Counted from the stretch's first letter, positions 22,441 to 36,277 are shown. The stretch: 64,000 bases of DNA from Chrysemys picta bellii (GCF_011386835.1 NC_088803.1:33728001-33792000), one strand, 5' to 3'. Notes: a model not told the origin generated them from the letters alone. Translations and numbers: made by a program.

Positions 22441-24589
22441 CATGACGTTTGTTCTCTTACACGTCTTTGTAGATTTCAGCTATGTATTTTCAAGCCATTT
22501 AATTAAAGCAAAACAACCAACAACAACAAAAAACAGGTTCGAAAGAAATCCTCATGAATTTTTTTGTTTCTGGTAACCAGCAAACTTGACAGATAAGTCC
22601 CTTCCAGGTGACAAAGCTCAGAATGTGCTGGAAAACTCGTTGGGACTGCAAGTCTGAACAGATCTGTTGGCCCCAGGAGTATAGACTGCTTTCCTCAAGT
22701 TATCCAAAGCCTGGCAGCTTCTCAAACACCAGCAAGTGTCAGACAAGATGGGTTACTGAATGTACTGTGTTCCTTCACTCCAGCCCCCTCTGGGGCAGTC
22801 GGATTGTTACGTGTAGAGTCTTGTGGCAGAGGGAAAAGAGAGACAACAGGGCTCCCAGCCTGACAGGCAGGGTTTGTGGTTTTCTTAAAGATGCTGAATC
22901 AGAGTTTCACCTGGAGGGAGGTGGAAGAGGATGGATCATGCTTGGCAGGTGCCTGCAGAAACACACAAACTCCCGTATCTATGTTGCTGGCAGGCAGCAC
23001 TTGGCTGCTTTCGTTGCTTCTACTCCTCCACAGGTGGTTAACGTCACTGTCAGACACAGGCGTGCTGGTTCTTGTCGCTTTGCCCTACCAACAAGAGAAG
23101 GCTCCTTTGAACAAATCTATGGCAATTTGAAAGGCTAATGAAATTCAGCATCCACCCAGGCTGCTGCAACAGATTGAATTACAAGCGTCTTTTGCAATCA
23201 TTTTGTCCTGCCAAACTATTCTCTTCATCCCAGATAGCTTCTTAACATTGATTACCCTAATGGTAGGTTCTACAGCACCAAGTGCTCACTTACTGATAGA
23301 AAGAAGCAGGTGAAATAGTCGGGGGTATTTTCTTTACATGCCAGGGATAAAATGCCTCAAAACATTTTATGTAAGTTAAATTGCATGGAGAATAAAGAGA
23401 GCTTTACAAAGAAGGGTCGCCAGACTACATGGGGTATTGTCGTCAAGTTACTCGGGGTCACGTCACAGAGTTTGATGGGAGTCCACATTGCAGAAGCAAG
23501 TTAAGTAAGCAAGCAAATTATAATTGAGAAAAGCTTTGCACATACTTCTGCTGGCTCAGCCAGCGGGAGACCTAGCTCACCTGCAGAGCTGCTGTTTGTA
23601 AACTGAATGCTTGGGTCTTGGCTTCACAAACACGCTTTCCGACCACAGAATGGTAGTGGTGACATGTATTAGTTGATAATGTGATCAAATGCAAGCACTT
23701 TAATGCAGCAAAGTGTGTCCATATCCATAATTTACCCCTATAGCCCTCTCACTGGAAATCATTTGAAATGTCACTGTGGCTGAGCACTGACCCCATATCA
23801 CAAGTACATGGCATGCATACAAGAAGTATCTAAGGGAATTGCACATTTTGCTTCTGTCCACACAAAGGAAAAATATTAGTAGACACTAAACTGGCAGCAT
23901 TTCCCATAAACAGCCCGTGCCACAGTCACAGACAAATATTTAATATTTGGCCAAAATTCACAGAGGCCAGATTCTCAGCTGATGTGAATCAACACAGCTC
24001 CATTGAAGTCTATAGCGACTATTTTACACCATCTAGAAACTAAGGCTGATGCACCTTGAGTCTATTTCCTTGCCAGGTCACTAGATGGTGTGCAACTGAT
24101 TTCTGGAGGAAGTTATACTGGTAAAGCTCTCCTAGGAGGAAGTGGAGTAGAAATGGTGTGTAGTAGCTGCAGAGCAATAAAGGAGTAGCATTAGCATTGC
24201 CTGCAGGTCAGGATTAAGGTGCACTTGCAGAAGTGTGGGAAGGGAAGTTCACATCGCCCCTGGCCATCACATTACGCCAGGTTTAAGCCAATGCTTTTGT
24301 GGTCTCACTTACGTATGCATGAAAATTCACAAGGAAAATAAACAGAGAGTTAATTCACTGTCATCTGTTTTAACTCTGCTAAATAACGCAATCAATTCCA
24401 CATATCGTCAGAAGCATCGTCTAGATATAAGTGATACAATATCACAATCCAGTGATTGTGAGGTAACTAGTCCCTACCATCTGGAGTGTTTGTGGCATCA
24501 CAGATTGAACCTACTGTATCAGGACCAGATGTAGCTCATGCTGAGGTATTGCTGTAGTAATAATGTAAATTCTTTACATGATTATAGCC

Positions 24590-24710
24590 CTTCTATCCAA
24601 GAAGATCAAAGTGATTTAAAATGTTAAACTTTCCACACCTAGTGAAGTAGGTATTACCCCTATTTGACAGATAGAGAAACTGAGACACAGAAGAGTGAAG
24701 TTCAGAGAAG
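24590..24710 (-). mobile_element. MIR-like CORE-SINE relic
   Basis: ATTACCCCTATTTGACAGATAGAGAAACTGAGACACAGAAGAGTGAAG, a reverse-oriented core. Confidence 0.6.
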
Positions 24711-25469
24711 GTTGAAAATTTTCCATTCATCCCCCCCCCCACCCCCCGAAAATTATTTTTCATTGAAATAGAAATTTCTGTGGGTAATGCCTGTTTTAAG
24801 TGTTTTTTTCTTCCATTTTTTATCAAAAACCTGAAAATATTTTGATTTGGGCTAATTTATTTTGATGTTTCGATGCCAGAAACTAAAAAACAGATTTTCA
24901 GGTTTGGGGTTTTTTGATGAAAACCCAAAAATGATTGAAGGAATGTTGATGGAAACAATTTTTTTTTCTGAATTTGTTGATGTTTTTCATGAGAAACAAC
25001 CAAACAAAAACGATTTCTCAACCAGCACAACAAACCAACAGCAGAGCCAGTAGTAGAGACTCTAGACCTAGTTATCACCACTGTTGTTCTTTAACCACTA
25101 GATCATGCATCTTCCAGTTAGCAGTGACAAGAAAGATAGCACAGAAAAGAGCCACAAGAGACAAAAGTGGTTTTGGTCAGATTTCATGCTTTCTTAAGTT
25201 TGCCTGAGTGTCATTATGTGGGGTGGTGCAGAATTTGTCAAACATGATGTTAGCCAAGATCTTCCCAAGCACAGCCAAGACAAAATGAAGACAACTACAC
25301 CATGAAGTGACACCTACTTCAGCCACAGTGAAACATACTGAGGCAACAGCAGAGCTGATTAACTCACTCCCTTGAGGCAAAACTCATCTGAAAAGCTAAT
25401 AATGAGGACTGGAGGACTCCAAACAATTTTTTTTTTAACTGTATAGGCCAATTGGAGGGATGGCATACG

Positions 25470-25670
25470 GGATTAGAGCAGCTGACTTCTGGAGTCTATT
25501 CTTGATTACACCATTAACTCACTGTTTGAACTTGAGCTGGTTACAGCTGCTCTGTGCCTCAGTTTACCTATCTGTAAAATATGGACACTTTCCACATTGC
25601 ACAGTGCTAGAAAGTAATTAACATGCATAGAATGATTTGAGATTAGGCTAAGGGGCTACGTAACAAAGTA
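25470..25670 (+). mobile_element. MIR-like CORE-SINE relic
   Basis: Core CTCTGTGCCTCAGTTTACCTATCTGTAAAATATGG preceded by a degenerate tRNA-like head. Confidence 0.65.
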
Positions 25671-28343
25671 TTGTTAGGTTTATAATATTCTGAGCTTGCC
25701 TTCTCTCTCTCGCTTAGAACAAGCTGCCACCTACACAACACACACAAGGAAGACAAAGGGAGTGATCTCTATTGTTATTTATATTTTTAAATATGTGGGA
25801 GCTTGTCAGATGCTATGGTGATAGGGCTATATAACTAGATAGACAGAAACCTACCTGCCAGCCAGCACATTTAGGATCCTTAAACTCTGCGTGCCAGATA
25901 CTCCACTGTTATAAATCAGCATAGTGCCATTGACTTCCATGAAGCTAGGCCAATATAAATTGGATCTGGGGATGTGTCCCTTTACCACACAAGGATCACC
26001 TCTGACATTTGCCAGAGTGTTTCTTTTCTGGCATTCTTTGTTCCCTGTCAATGGCTTCCAGTTCCAGTTTGCTTGTCTTATCAATGAAGTCAATAATATT
26101 TCTCAAGCTGGTATGTGGAAATCAAGCTGGGGTATTTTGTTTTTTTTGTTTTTTTGCTTTATCCATCGCCCTTAACAGAAGAGATACTTGGAATCAGAGC
26201 TTAGCAGACAATTTTATTGCAGATGCATGAGGCACCATAGAATACTGCTTGATCTTCAGCAGCTATACCGGACTGAGTTGGGGAAATGCACTTGTGCCAG
26301 TAAATATGATTCGGGAGTCATGGGGAAGAGATCAATGCACTAACAATGGACTATTTTTACAGTCCCTCTAATCCATAGTTTCAGAAACAAACACTAGTGG
26401 GTGCAACTCTTTCCCCTGTAAGGTCGCTGGCTGCAGCTGAACCGACCAGCCCAAATACTATTAGCTTGCAGAAATACTGTGGACAGCAATATTTACGATG
26501 ATTAGCCTGACAGGCTGAGTAATTGCCTTGCAGTTAAAATGCTAAAAGCAATGGAGCTGGATTTTCAACAGAAGTATTTCACCAGGACTTCCTTAAAAAA
26601 AAAAAAAAGTGAGAAATGCTCCCTAAGCTTTGTTCTAAGACCTCAAAAGTGGAGTGTGTGACTGAGTGTATGAAAAGTACAGTAGCACAGTTAGGTACAA
26701 TTAATAAAGCAATTTGTTTTCACTGAGTCCCTGCTCCTGTAAACCTTTATGCACATGCTTATCTTTGCAAATGTGAGTAGTCCCATTCAAATCAATGGGG
26801 TTACTCATGTGCATAAAGTGAAGCCTATGTGTAATTTGGAAGCTCAGGGCCTGAGGCTGTAAATGGATCTTTCTCCATGTTTAGCGAATAAATATTAACA
26901 GGGGGCCAGATTCTAATCTCTTTGCTTGCACTGTGTAGGACCTTCCTCAACAAGTAGACCCATAGAAATCAATGGGACTACTCATGGAATAAGTTACTAC
27001 TCAATGTGTGCAAGAAGATCAGCAGTTGGCCCTGAATATTTACTATTAATATACATTTAAATGTAAAAATAAAGCAATGTAATTTGCTGAAGGTTTGAAT
27101 TTGAATAGTCTCCCTTATCTTCTACTTTTTACTGATTTTTTTTGGCTTACCATTGGGCTTTCCAACCACAAAGCAAACAGGAAATGTGGTCTGGTTACTA
27201 ATTTCAACACTAAAGGTGTCTCATTTCCAGCACTTACTAAAAGTATTTCCATGCTGGTATAAAGCAAATGCATTATCAAAGTGTTCATCACGCTATCTTA
27301 CAGACATTAAAGATATTGGAAAAAATGCTTTGTAAGATGCATCTTGCATGATGCAATCAGAATTCTGCACTAAGCTATAGATCAATCTCTACTTGTGAGT
27401 TACTAGTGTGTCTTTGTTGTATACAAACAAAGGGTGAGCTTCAATTTAAAAAAATAATCCATCAGGTATCTACACCAGCTCTAAAAAATTAAATATTTTG
27501 ATCTTCTGTGATTTGGAGAGTCCAGATCAAGTGTTGATTGAACTGGGTTCATACTCAGGAAAAGAATAATCAGATTTTCAGCAAATGCACATGCACAAAA
27601 ATGTGCATTGAATTGTGTACCTAATTATCATGCTCATATACCTAGACTTCATATGCAATTGTCATAACTGCACATAAAAGTAGTCAGATATAGAATCGGC
27701 CATTTCTGCACTGATTAGGCATCTGATGGCTCATGCATTCTTGCACGACCATTGTCCTGAAAAATCTCATTTTAGATGTCCAGATTGCATGAATAATAAA
27801 TGCCATGGTTCTTATTCAGGTATATTTTCAGTGCAATGCACAGGAATTTTCCACAAACTCTGGCTAGTGGGAAACACAGCCAAACTCCATCCCATCTTAT
27901 TACATTGGAAATGTGCCTCTGAGGAGTGCTTCTTTTTCATAAAGGAATTTCCTTTACTGATGGTTTATGGAGCCCTCTATTGTGCTTTGCCATAGCTAGC
28001 CCCTGCTTTCAGCTGCTGGAATAGCCTAGTTGTAATAACAATACAGGTAATAAAAGTATTATCTAACATCTGTGACAAGCATTGGCTTTTATGCACTCAT
28101 ATACACCAGAGCCATCATGCAGCTCACTTTAAAAAAAGAGATGCAAATGGTAATTAATATATTAATTTGCAGGGAGTGGTGAGTAAATGGACCTAAAGCC
28201 TGGGATGCTTTAATCTCCTCTCCCATTATTATTTTTGCTAGGACAGCAGCTACAGGATCCAACCAAGATCAGGGCTCCATTATGCTAACATCTGTACATA
28301 CACATCGTTAGAGAGTTCCTGCACCACAGAGCTTATAGTCTAA

Positions 28344-28639
28344 GGGTACGTCTATACTTACCTCCGGGTTTGGCGGTAAGCAATCGATCTTCTGGGATCG
28401 ATTTATCGCATCTTATCTAGACGCGATAAATCGATCCTGGAAGTGCTCACCGTCGACGCCGGTACTCCTGCTCCGCGAGAGGAGTACGCGGAGTCGACAG
28501 GGGAGCCTGTCTGCGGCGTGTGGACCCGCGGTAAGTACCTTGTAGTTCGAACTAAGGTACTTGGACTTCAGCTATGTTATTCACGTAGCTGAAGTTGCAT
28601 ATCTTAGTTCGAACTGGGGGGGTTAGTATGGACCAGCCC
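28344..28639. mobile_element. CpG-rich PIF/Harbinger-type MITE, related to the copy at 9504-9763 (opposite orientation)
   Basis: Termini GGGTACGTCTATACT / GGGCTGGTCCATACT; flanks TAA / TTA; shares GATCGATTTAT, GTAGCTGAAGTTGCATAT and GCGAGAGG blocks with the 9504 copy; sits inside a MIR-like relic (~28255-28780). Confidence 0.88.
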
Positions 28640-29328
28640 TTAATAGACATGACAGACAAGGTGTGGGAGGGGACATAGGGAAGTGAAGTGACTTGTTCAA
28701 ACTCAGTAGCAGAGTCAGGAGTAGAACACAGGTCTGACTCCCAGTCCCGTGTTTTAGCTACTAGATACTACTGCCACTCCTAACAAAGAGTTCACACATT
28801 AGAATAGCATAAGCACCTCCATTTGATGGAAGCAGAGAAACTCTTATATATTACTCACAATTCCTTAGACTTAAAAAGGCTGTTTATTTTTTTTAATATT
28901 TGCATTCTCCCCCCTTGCCATGTGAAGAAATCACATGCTTGAAAAGAGGATAATATGAGCAACAGTTGTCACTGCATTGCTGTGACCTGAAAAGGATTTG
29001 CTTGATTTTTAATTATCAGTGGTGTTTGTTTTTCAGTTTCAAACTATGCCATCATCACGATTGCTGGGGCATTCACAAAACAGTGAAAACCCATCACAAT
29101 TTCAGATATAAATAAAGAAATAAACTTTCTTCCATCCCCAATCCTTGTTTCAACTTCCCTAGGCAGCGTTCTCAGGAAAAGCCTGAGTAAATAGATAGGG
29201 CTTTCACTGTGTTTTGAAGGCCAATACAATCTGGCTTTGCCAAACCAATGGGGAAAGCGAATTGCAGCGCTGGGGTTCCCTGACTGGGAAGGGCCTGCAT
29301 CCATACGCACACTTCCAAAGTTTATATC

Positions 29329-29922
29329 CACACCAAATTCACAGCCATGAAAAATGTGTTACGGACCATGAAATCTGGTCTCCCTCCATGAAATCTGGTC
29401 TTCTGTGTGCTTCTACCCTGCCTATGCTATACAGATTTTACAGGGGAGACCAATGTTTCTCAAACTGGGGGTCCTGACCCCCAGGGAATTGCAGGGGGGT
29501 CACAATGTTATTTTAAAGGGGTCACTATTGCCAATCTTACTTCTGCGCTGCCTTCAGACCTGGGCAGCTGGAGAGTGGTGCTGCTGCTGAAGATGGCTCT
29601 GCCTTCAGCACTGGAATCCCAGCTAGCAGCTGCCGCTCTCCAGCCGCCCAGCTCTGATGGCAGTGCCACCGCCAACAGCAGCGCAGAAGTAAGGGTGGCA
29701 GTACCGCAACCCCGCCTGCAATAACCTTGCAGTGCCCCCACAACTCCTTTGTTGGTCAGGACCCCTACAATTACAACACCCTGAAATTTCAGGTTTAAAT
29801 ATCTGAAATCATGAAATTTACTATTTTAAAAATCCTATGAATTTCACAGTCATAGGATTTTTAAAATAGTGAAATTTCATGTGAAATTGATCAAACTGGA
29901 CCGTGAATTTGGTAGGGCCCTA
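29329..29922. mobile_element. Non-autonomous hAT element with eroded left TIR
   Basis: Right end GTGAATTTGGTAGGGCCCTA; left ACCAAATTCAC with the outer ~6 bp missing; near-TSD TTTATATC (29321-29328) / TTTGTATC (29923-29930), 7 of 8 identical. Confidence 0.8.
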
Positions 29923-32088
29923 TTTGTATCTGCTAGACACAACATAACAACTAATCTGGACAGCTGCAAATATGAAGGACGACAAAGAGCTGATCTCTAA
30001 GGTAAGCAAGATCCAAGGCCATGTACTGTTTTATTCTGATAGATCCTAATCAAGAGCTTAAATTACAGCCGGAAATGTATTGATAGCCAGGTCACCCTTA
30101 TAAGCCACACAGATGTGACATGCTCCATATGTTTTTACCAGTAACTAAGTGGGCTGTTAAGCTCTTCATTAGCTAAACTTTCTGATGAAAGTGTTAGAGT
30201 TGGTTGGGGAAAGCGTGAAAAACTTCAAGATTAAAAAAAAAATCATCCCAAAGAGAGCCAACACTTTGAAGTGTTTTAAGACACAAAAATTCCAAATGTT
30301 ATTTGTTTTAGGTCAATTGAAATGTTTCATTTTGATCAAATTCAAAACATTTCACTTCAATTTCAACCCTCTTTTATATATATGTATATATATATAAATT
30401 AAGTATTTTTCAAAACAAAATGTCATTCTGAAACAAAAAATTGAAGCTTTTAGTTCCAAAACAGTTTACCCAATATGAGATCCTCACTCATATTGGGTAA
30501 GCTGATGTATGTCCATTTACAATCAATAGAATTACACTAGTTTATAGCACCTGAGGGTCTGGGCCCTGGTTTCCAATCTGGAAGTATTGAAATAACATAT
30601 AAGAGATTGTCCTCTCAGGATTTCTAGCTCAGAACAGAACTGAAGTGCCAAAAAAACCTCATGGGAATGCCTGTTCCCATGGGAATTCCACCCTTTTCCC
30701 CACTTCAGATGCTTGTATCACCTGTGTAATTTGACCTGAGATTCCAAACCTACTGAAATCCTCCCATCAGTTCTTCCATCTCATTTGGAACTGCTGACAA
30801 TTTATTTTCATTAAACCATCTCACTAGACGCTGAAGTTGCAATGCCAAAAATTCTCATTCCACAATAGAAGATATTGAATGACTTGATTCACATTCTTAG
30901 CTGGTGGAGCTACACAATCTAACGCAGGCTGAAGGTATGGCCCAGAGAAGTTTTAGCTACTTAGCATTTAACTTAAATAGAAGACTGTTTTTAAAGGGTC
31001 TCTCATCATATTTGGAGAGACAAGAATCTGAAGATTCCCAGACTTACTGTAGGAATATATTCCAAAAAACAACGTTTTGGAACATTCAATAGTGATTTTG
31101 ATCCTATCACAAAGAGAGGTAACTTATGCCAGTACTTTCATTCCATTTCACTTTGCTTTAGCAGAGGTTTATAATTATTATAAGGAATGATTTTTATAAT
31201 GCAGTTCTATGTTGTTGTCTGAGTAAAGCTTTATGACCTGCTTTAAAAAAATAAATGCTGCTTTAATTAAAACAAAACCAAACAAAGGAGTACAGTCTTG
31301 TACCAACATGTCACTGTCAGCACCCTGCTAACTATCTGAATTGAACTGTGAGTCCCCCTTCCTTAGCTCAAAAGACACCAGTGCCAAAACACGCAATTTA
31401 TGGTACTTGTAAAGGTACCAGAGGATTATTTTTAATTTGTATCTCAAATTAGAAACTCCTGGTGGTTCTCTAACAGCACCTACTGTCAAAATCAGAGTAA
31501 TGAACAGCAAACACACACCAGTAAGTACTAAGGTTTTACATGAAGCATAGATGGATATATTAATACATCGGACTCACCTCCTGCTTTACAACAATATTTC
31601 TATTGCCTTCAATGGAGTTAATCTTGATTTGCCCCACTATAAGCAAGATCAGAATCAAGCTCATTAAATTTAGCCTTCAAACAGCCTTCCTTCATGAAGT
31701 AAGGTGATTTTGCTTCTATGATAATGGATGTCACAGAGCTCATCTTCAGCCCATGTTCACACTGTTAGCAATTTACTTTATTTGCATTACGTGACATGGG
31801 AGAGGATATTAATTCTATATCACACTGAAGTCTTCGACATTAGCAAATAGAGCCACCGTCAAATCCAGAACACAGTCTAGCAAACCCACCCAGACCAGTT
31901 TTCTCCTTACTTCTCCTCCACAAGGACAAACATATTAAGCTGGCACCTTACCGGTGTTAATTAATATTACTTTACAGGAGTTGCCTATGTCTTGGAGGCC
32001 CACTAAGAATTAAGACTCCGAAGAGTTTGTTTCAAGGCCAACTCTTCTGCATTTAGCAAAATTTATTGGTCACCACTTTAAACACTTA

Positions 32089-32387
32089 GGGTATGTTTAC
32101 ACGAGAGCTGGAAGGTGCAAATTCCAATTCCAGGAGACATACCCATGCTAGCATTGATCAAGTTAGTGTGCTAATAACAGAAGTGTAGCCATGAGCAGCA
32201 GGCAGGGCTAGCCAGCCTATGTACAATCTCATCTGAGACCATAGGTTCGTGCTTGGGGCAGCTAGCCCCTTGTATTGCTCATGTCATCATGGCTAATATT
32301 TTTAACATACTAGCTCAATCACAGCTAGCACGGGTATGTCTCCTTGAGCTGGAAATTACACCTTCCAGCTCTAGTATAGACTTACCT
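32089..32387. mobile_element. PIF/Harbinger-type palindromic MITE
   Basis: TTA TSD (32086-32088, 32388-32390); termini GGGTATGTTTACAC / AGGTAAGTCTATAC; inner arms GAGCTGGAAGGTG / CACCTTCCAGCTC. Confidence 0.85.
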
Positions 32388-33595
32388 TTAGGGTGAAATC
32401 CTGTCTCCACTGAAGTCAAGGGGAGTTTGATTTTGATCTCACTTATATTAGTTTTTACACTGGTGTAACCTCAGTTACTTCTGATATACATTAGGGTGAC
32501 AGGACTATCAAGTCTTTAAACTGAAGCATTTTGGAATGGATGCTTGTTTACACTAATAAAGGGGCTTTATTTAGCAGGGTGGAGGGTTGGTTAAGGTGGT
32601 GCAGAAGGTGGCTGCTCTACTCCTTTCACCACAGGACACATAGATGAAATTGTGATGGATGGTCTAATTCTGGTCCCTAGCAAACCGTACTGGGCCACTA
32701 CTAAAGTATGATATTGAATGTGAACACTGAGGTGTGCTGACCGAACTGTGAAGGGAAGCTTCCACCCTTTGGCCCCAGTCCCTCAATGTAATATGCTTGT
32801 GTGGACTTCTGTGACAGTTACTGGGACCTTGCATAGGCCTCAGGAGTCCTGATGGATATAGGAGTCCAGGCAATGCAGGATAAGGGGTTATAGGAGTGTT
32901 ATAGGGGTTTACAGCCAAACGTCGGCAGTATGGTGTTTCTATATGCAGTACTGAGATTGAGTGTCTCCTCTTGTTTTCTTAGTTAATACTCTTTTGAAAT
33001 TCAGCTATTGACAATTTAGGACTTTATTGATTAGGAAATAGATTCTGTGAAGTTATTCTTAAGGTTCCCTTTAAATTAGGGCTGGCCAGCAGACAAGAAT
33101 TCCGTTTTGCAAAATGTTTCAAGGATTCAAATTTGGCTTAACTCTGCATCAGAGACTTCCTGCACCGTCCCAACAAAGTTTTGGTCAAAACCGATACGCT
33201 TCCCCCCCCCCCACCCGCCCCCGAAGCGAAAAATTGACATTTTCAAAAAATTGCTCTCAAAAAATTCTCAACCATCATATGATCTTTAAATCATATGTCC
33301 TGTTTTCTAGCTTTTAAAGTCCGTGTTTGTTTTCTTATACCAGAATTAAAATAAAAATAAAGTTCAAGCCTTTATATCTATGCTATGCAATATTATACTA
33401 CCTGTCGTCATAACAATCCAGCTAGCTTACACTTAAAACGTAGGTCAGCATAGCTGCGGCACTCCAAGGTATGAAAAAGCCACACCACTGAGCACTAGAG
33501 CTATGCTGACCTAACCCGTGCTGTAGACACAGCTAAGCACAGAATGCTTCCATCCACCTAGCTGCTGTTGCTTGGGGAAGTGGAGTTCCTACAGC

Positions 33596-33771
33596 AATGG
33601 AGATATCCTATCTCCTAGAACTGGAAGGGACCCCAAGAGGTCATTGAGTCCAGCCCCCTGCCTTCACTAGCAGGACCAAGTACTGATTTTGCCCTAGATC
33701 CCTAAGTGGCCCCCTCAAGGATTGAGCTCACAACTGGGTTTAGCAGACCAATGCTCAAACCACTGAGCTAT
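33596..33771 (-). mobile_element. Turtle tRNA-derived polIII SINE (slightly 5'-truncated, no tail)
   Basis: The reverse complement aligns along its length to the SINE at 11912-12112 (TAGCTCAGTGGTTTGAGCATTGG...CCTTGAGGGGGCCACTTAGGGATCT...AGTACTTGGTCCTGCTAGTGAAGGCAGGGGGCTGGAC). Confidence 0.9.
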
Positions 33772-33829
33772 TGCTGTAGTGTGCAGCCATATTAATGTGG
33801 TTACAGTGGCGTAGCTACCGAACTGTACC

Positions 33830-33959
33830 TAGGGTGACCAGATGAAAAACCGGGACACTTTTTTTTTGGTCCGGGGTAGGGCGGGTATAGTTGCATATAT
33901 AAGACAAAGCCCCTAATATTGGGATCGTCATAATAATATCGGGACATCTGGTCACCCGA
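33830..33959. mobile_element. Short hAT-type MITE
   Basis: TIRs TAGGGTGACCAGATG / TCGGGTGACCAGATG (14 of 15); no matching 8-bp TSD seen. Confidence 0.75.
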
Positions 33960-35574
33960 ACCACTATAGTGCCCTTAGTGTAGACATGGACACAGCCAGG
34001 ACTACTTTTAACATCAGAAAGTGCAAGCCACATTTTAAAAAGAAAATGTGTCTTTCACCCAAATGTGGATCCTTGATCAAATATTATCCTGATCTTCACT
34101 ATGGGATGAGCAATATTCTTTCCTGGGCCAGAGACAGGTTTAAGGTCCAATGTCTCATGAACCAAACTCTGTGCTCCACTGAAAAGCTGGGAAATCTACC
34201 CTTCCAAGCAGTCCAGCATGTGTTTTTAGCTTGGCAGGCCATGAGATATCAAATCTCAAAATCTAGAAAGAGCTCTCTCAGATAAATCAGTAACTGTTTA
34301 TAAAATGTATTCGTTCTCATTTTTATCTTCCTCTTAGCACACTTCTGTTTATGAGGCCAGATTTCCATACGTGATCAGCTCCTATTTAGGCATTTATGGG
34401 GGGGGGGTTCAAAAGAGCTCAGCATCTAGTGTACCCAGTCTTTTGTGCACTTTGATTGTGGACGCAGACCACTCCTGGGACATGGACCATCTTTTTGTTT
34501 TGTGTTTGTACAGCACCTAGCACAATGGAGTTCCAGTCATGGACTAGGATCCCTACATGCTACTGCAACACAAATAAAATAATAAATTTGGCCTATGGTG
34601 TTAGCACAAGTCAGGAGAGTTACAAATGTAGGCATCTCAAATAGCTTTTCTCTCAGATTTGTGACAAATGCAGAATGCCTAGCATGGTGACACTGAAACT
34701 TTATAGGCACCCGTTTGGGACAGTTTCACTCTCTCATGAGAGAGATCTCTCTGTCTGTGCATACATAATCTCGCAGCACACATCAAATCTGACACAGGAA
34801 TGTGCCTGGAGTTCTTCTCTCCCATTAGTTTATTAAAACATTTTTTTAAAAAAAAGAGAGACTCCCTTGCTCACAAGAAGTTCATTGTTCAGCAGTGCGT
34901 TTTATGCCAGAAGATGGAACGAGTGTCCAAACCATAAAACATTAACCTAAGGATGCACTGAGTTTCACAGAGCATATTATCAATGTATAATCATCTGAGC
35001 AGGGCCCCGCACTACTGTATGGAATAAAACGACAATCCATGCTCAGTAATGGTGCTCTGGGTTAAATTCATATTAGAAAATACTTTGTTGTTTCAGTTTG
35101 TATAGAAATGCATATAGTTTATCAAAAAACAATGGACCTGATCCTCCGCTGGTGTAAACGGATGTAGCTCCAAAGGTTTCAATGATGCTATGATGATTTA
35201 CACCAGTGGAGTGTCTGTCCTAATCCAACCAGCTATACTAGGTGGCTGATAAATGACTAGACATTTCCTGTTTGTGTTCACCAGAAATAAAATAAATACT
35301 ATCGGCAATTGATCAACTTTGAACTCACCCAGATCCAAGGCAAGTTTAGCCAGGTGGTGAATTTTGGCTCTGCATGGGTTGGATGAACTCTTGGGCTACT
35401 CCTTAGGCACCACTACTGTAAAAGTTTTCAGGTGATTTTGGGACCAAGAAAGAGGGAGGAGGAGGACGGTGAAAACAGCTCTCATCTGTTCCTGCCTGTA
35501 TGGAAATAAAGGTGACCTGGTAAATGCATTAGCCTTCAGAAGGCATGCACTGAAAAGGGAATGCACAGACTCTA

Positions 35575-36125
35575 TATGAAGACAAAGTAGGTGAGGGAAT
35601 ATATTTTATTGGACCAACTTCAGTTAGTAAAATGTGAAGCATTCAAGCTACACAGAGTTCTTCAGGTCTTGGAAAGTACTCAGTGTCACAGCTAAACACA
35701 AGGTGGAACAGATTGTTCAGTATAAAAAGTTAACACATTCTAAAGGACCATTCTAGATGAAGTGGCTTGTTAACACCTCTGCAGTCATAAGACAAAAAAG
35801 GGGAAGTTAGTGGGTTACAGATTGTTGTAATAAGCCATAAATCCAGCGTCTTGATTAAGACCATGATTTTTTAGTGTCTAGCAAAGTTATAAATTTCAGC
35901 TCCCTGGCTTGTCTTTTGAAGGTGTTTTGCAGGTTTCCTTTGAGGACAAGGACTGAGAGGTCAGATATGGAGTGATGGTTTTGTGAAAAGTGTTTGCCCA
36001 CGGGTCTTTTTGTCGTTTATCATTCTTCTGTGATTCATTCGAGAGTGTAGCAATTGTCTGGTTTCACCCACACAGTTATTGGGGCATTTAGTGCACTGGA
36101 TGAGGTACACCACAGGCAATGCAGG
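35575..36125 (-). mobile_element. Penelope-like retroelement 3' fragment (GIY-YIG endonuclease remnant plus terminal repeat)
   Basis: The minus translation VVYLIQCTKCPNNCVGETRQLLHSRMNHRRMI matches the GIY-YIG pattern (VYxIxC...YVGET...RxxxH) of Penelope-like elements; followed by a terminal-repeat-like tail with AATAAAA. Confidence 0.8.
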
Positions 36126-36277
36126 TATGTAGTTTAAAATCAGTGTCCATATTGATTTGCCCTCATGTCTATCCAGAAGCCATTTTCCTATAAATATCAA
36201 AATTAATCCTGGCTTGACTTTCGATAGTGCAGTGTAACCCAGCCATTGAAATGAATGGAAGCCACAGTTGTCAGCAG

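Larger units (their letters stand above)
33420..33990. mobile_element. Degenerate Harbinger-type MITE hosting a SINE and a hAT MITE
   Basis: Ends AGCTAGCTTACACT / AGTGTAGACATGGA; internal inverted arms CTACAGCAAT / ATTGCTGTAG; TSD not resolved. Confidence 0.55.
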
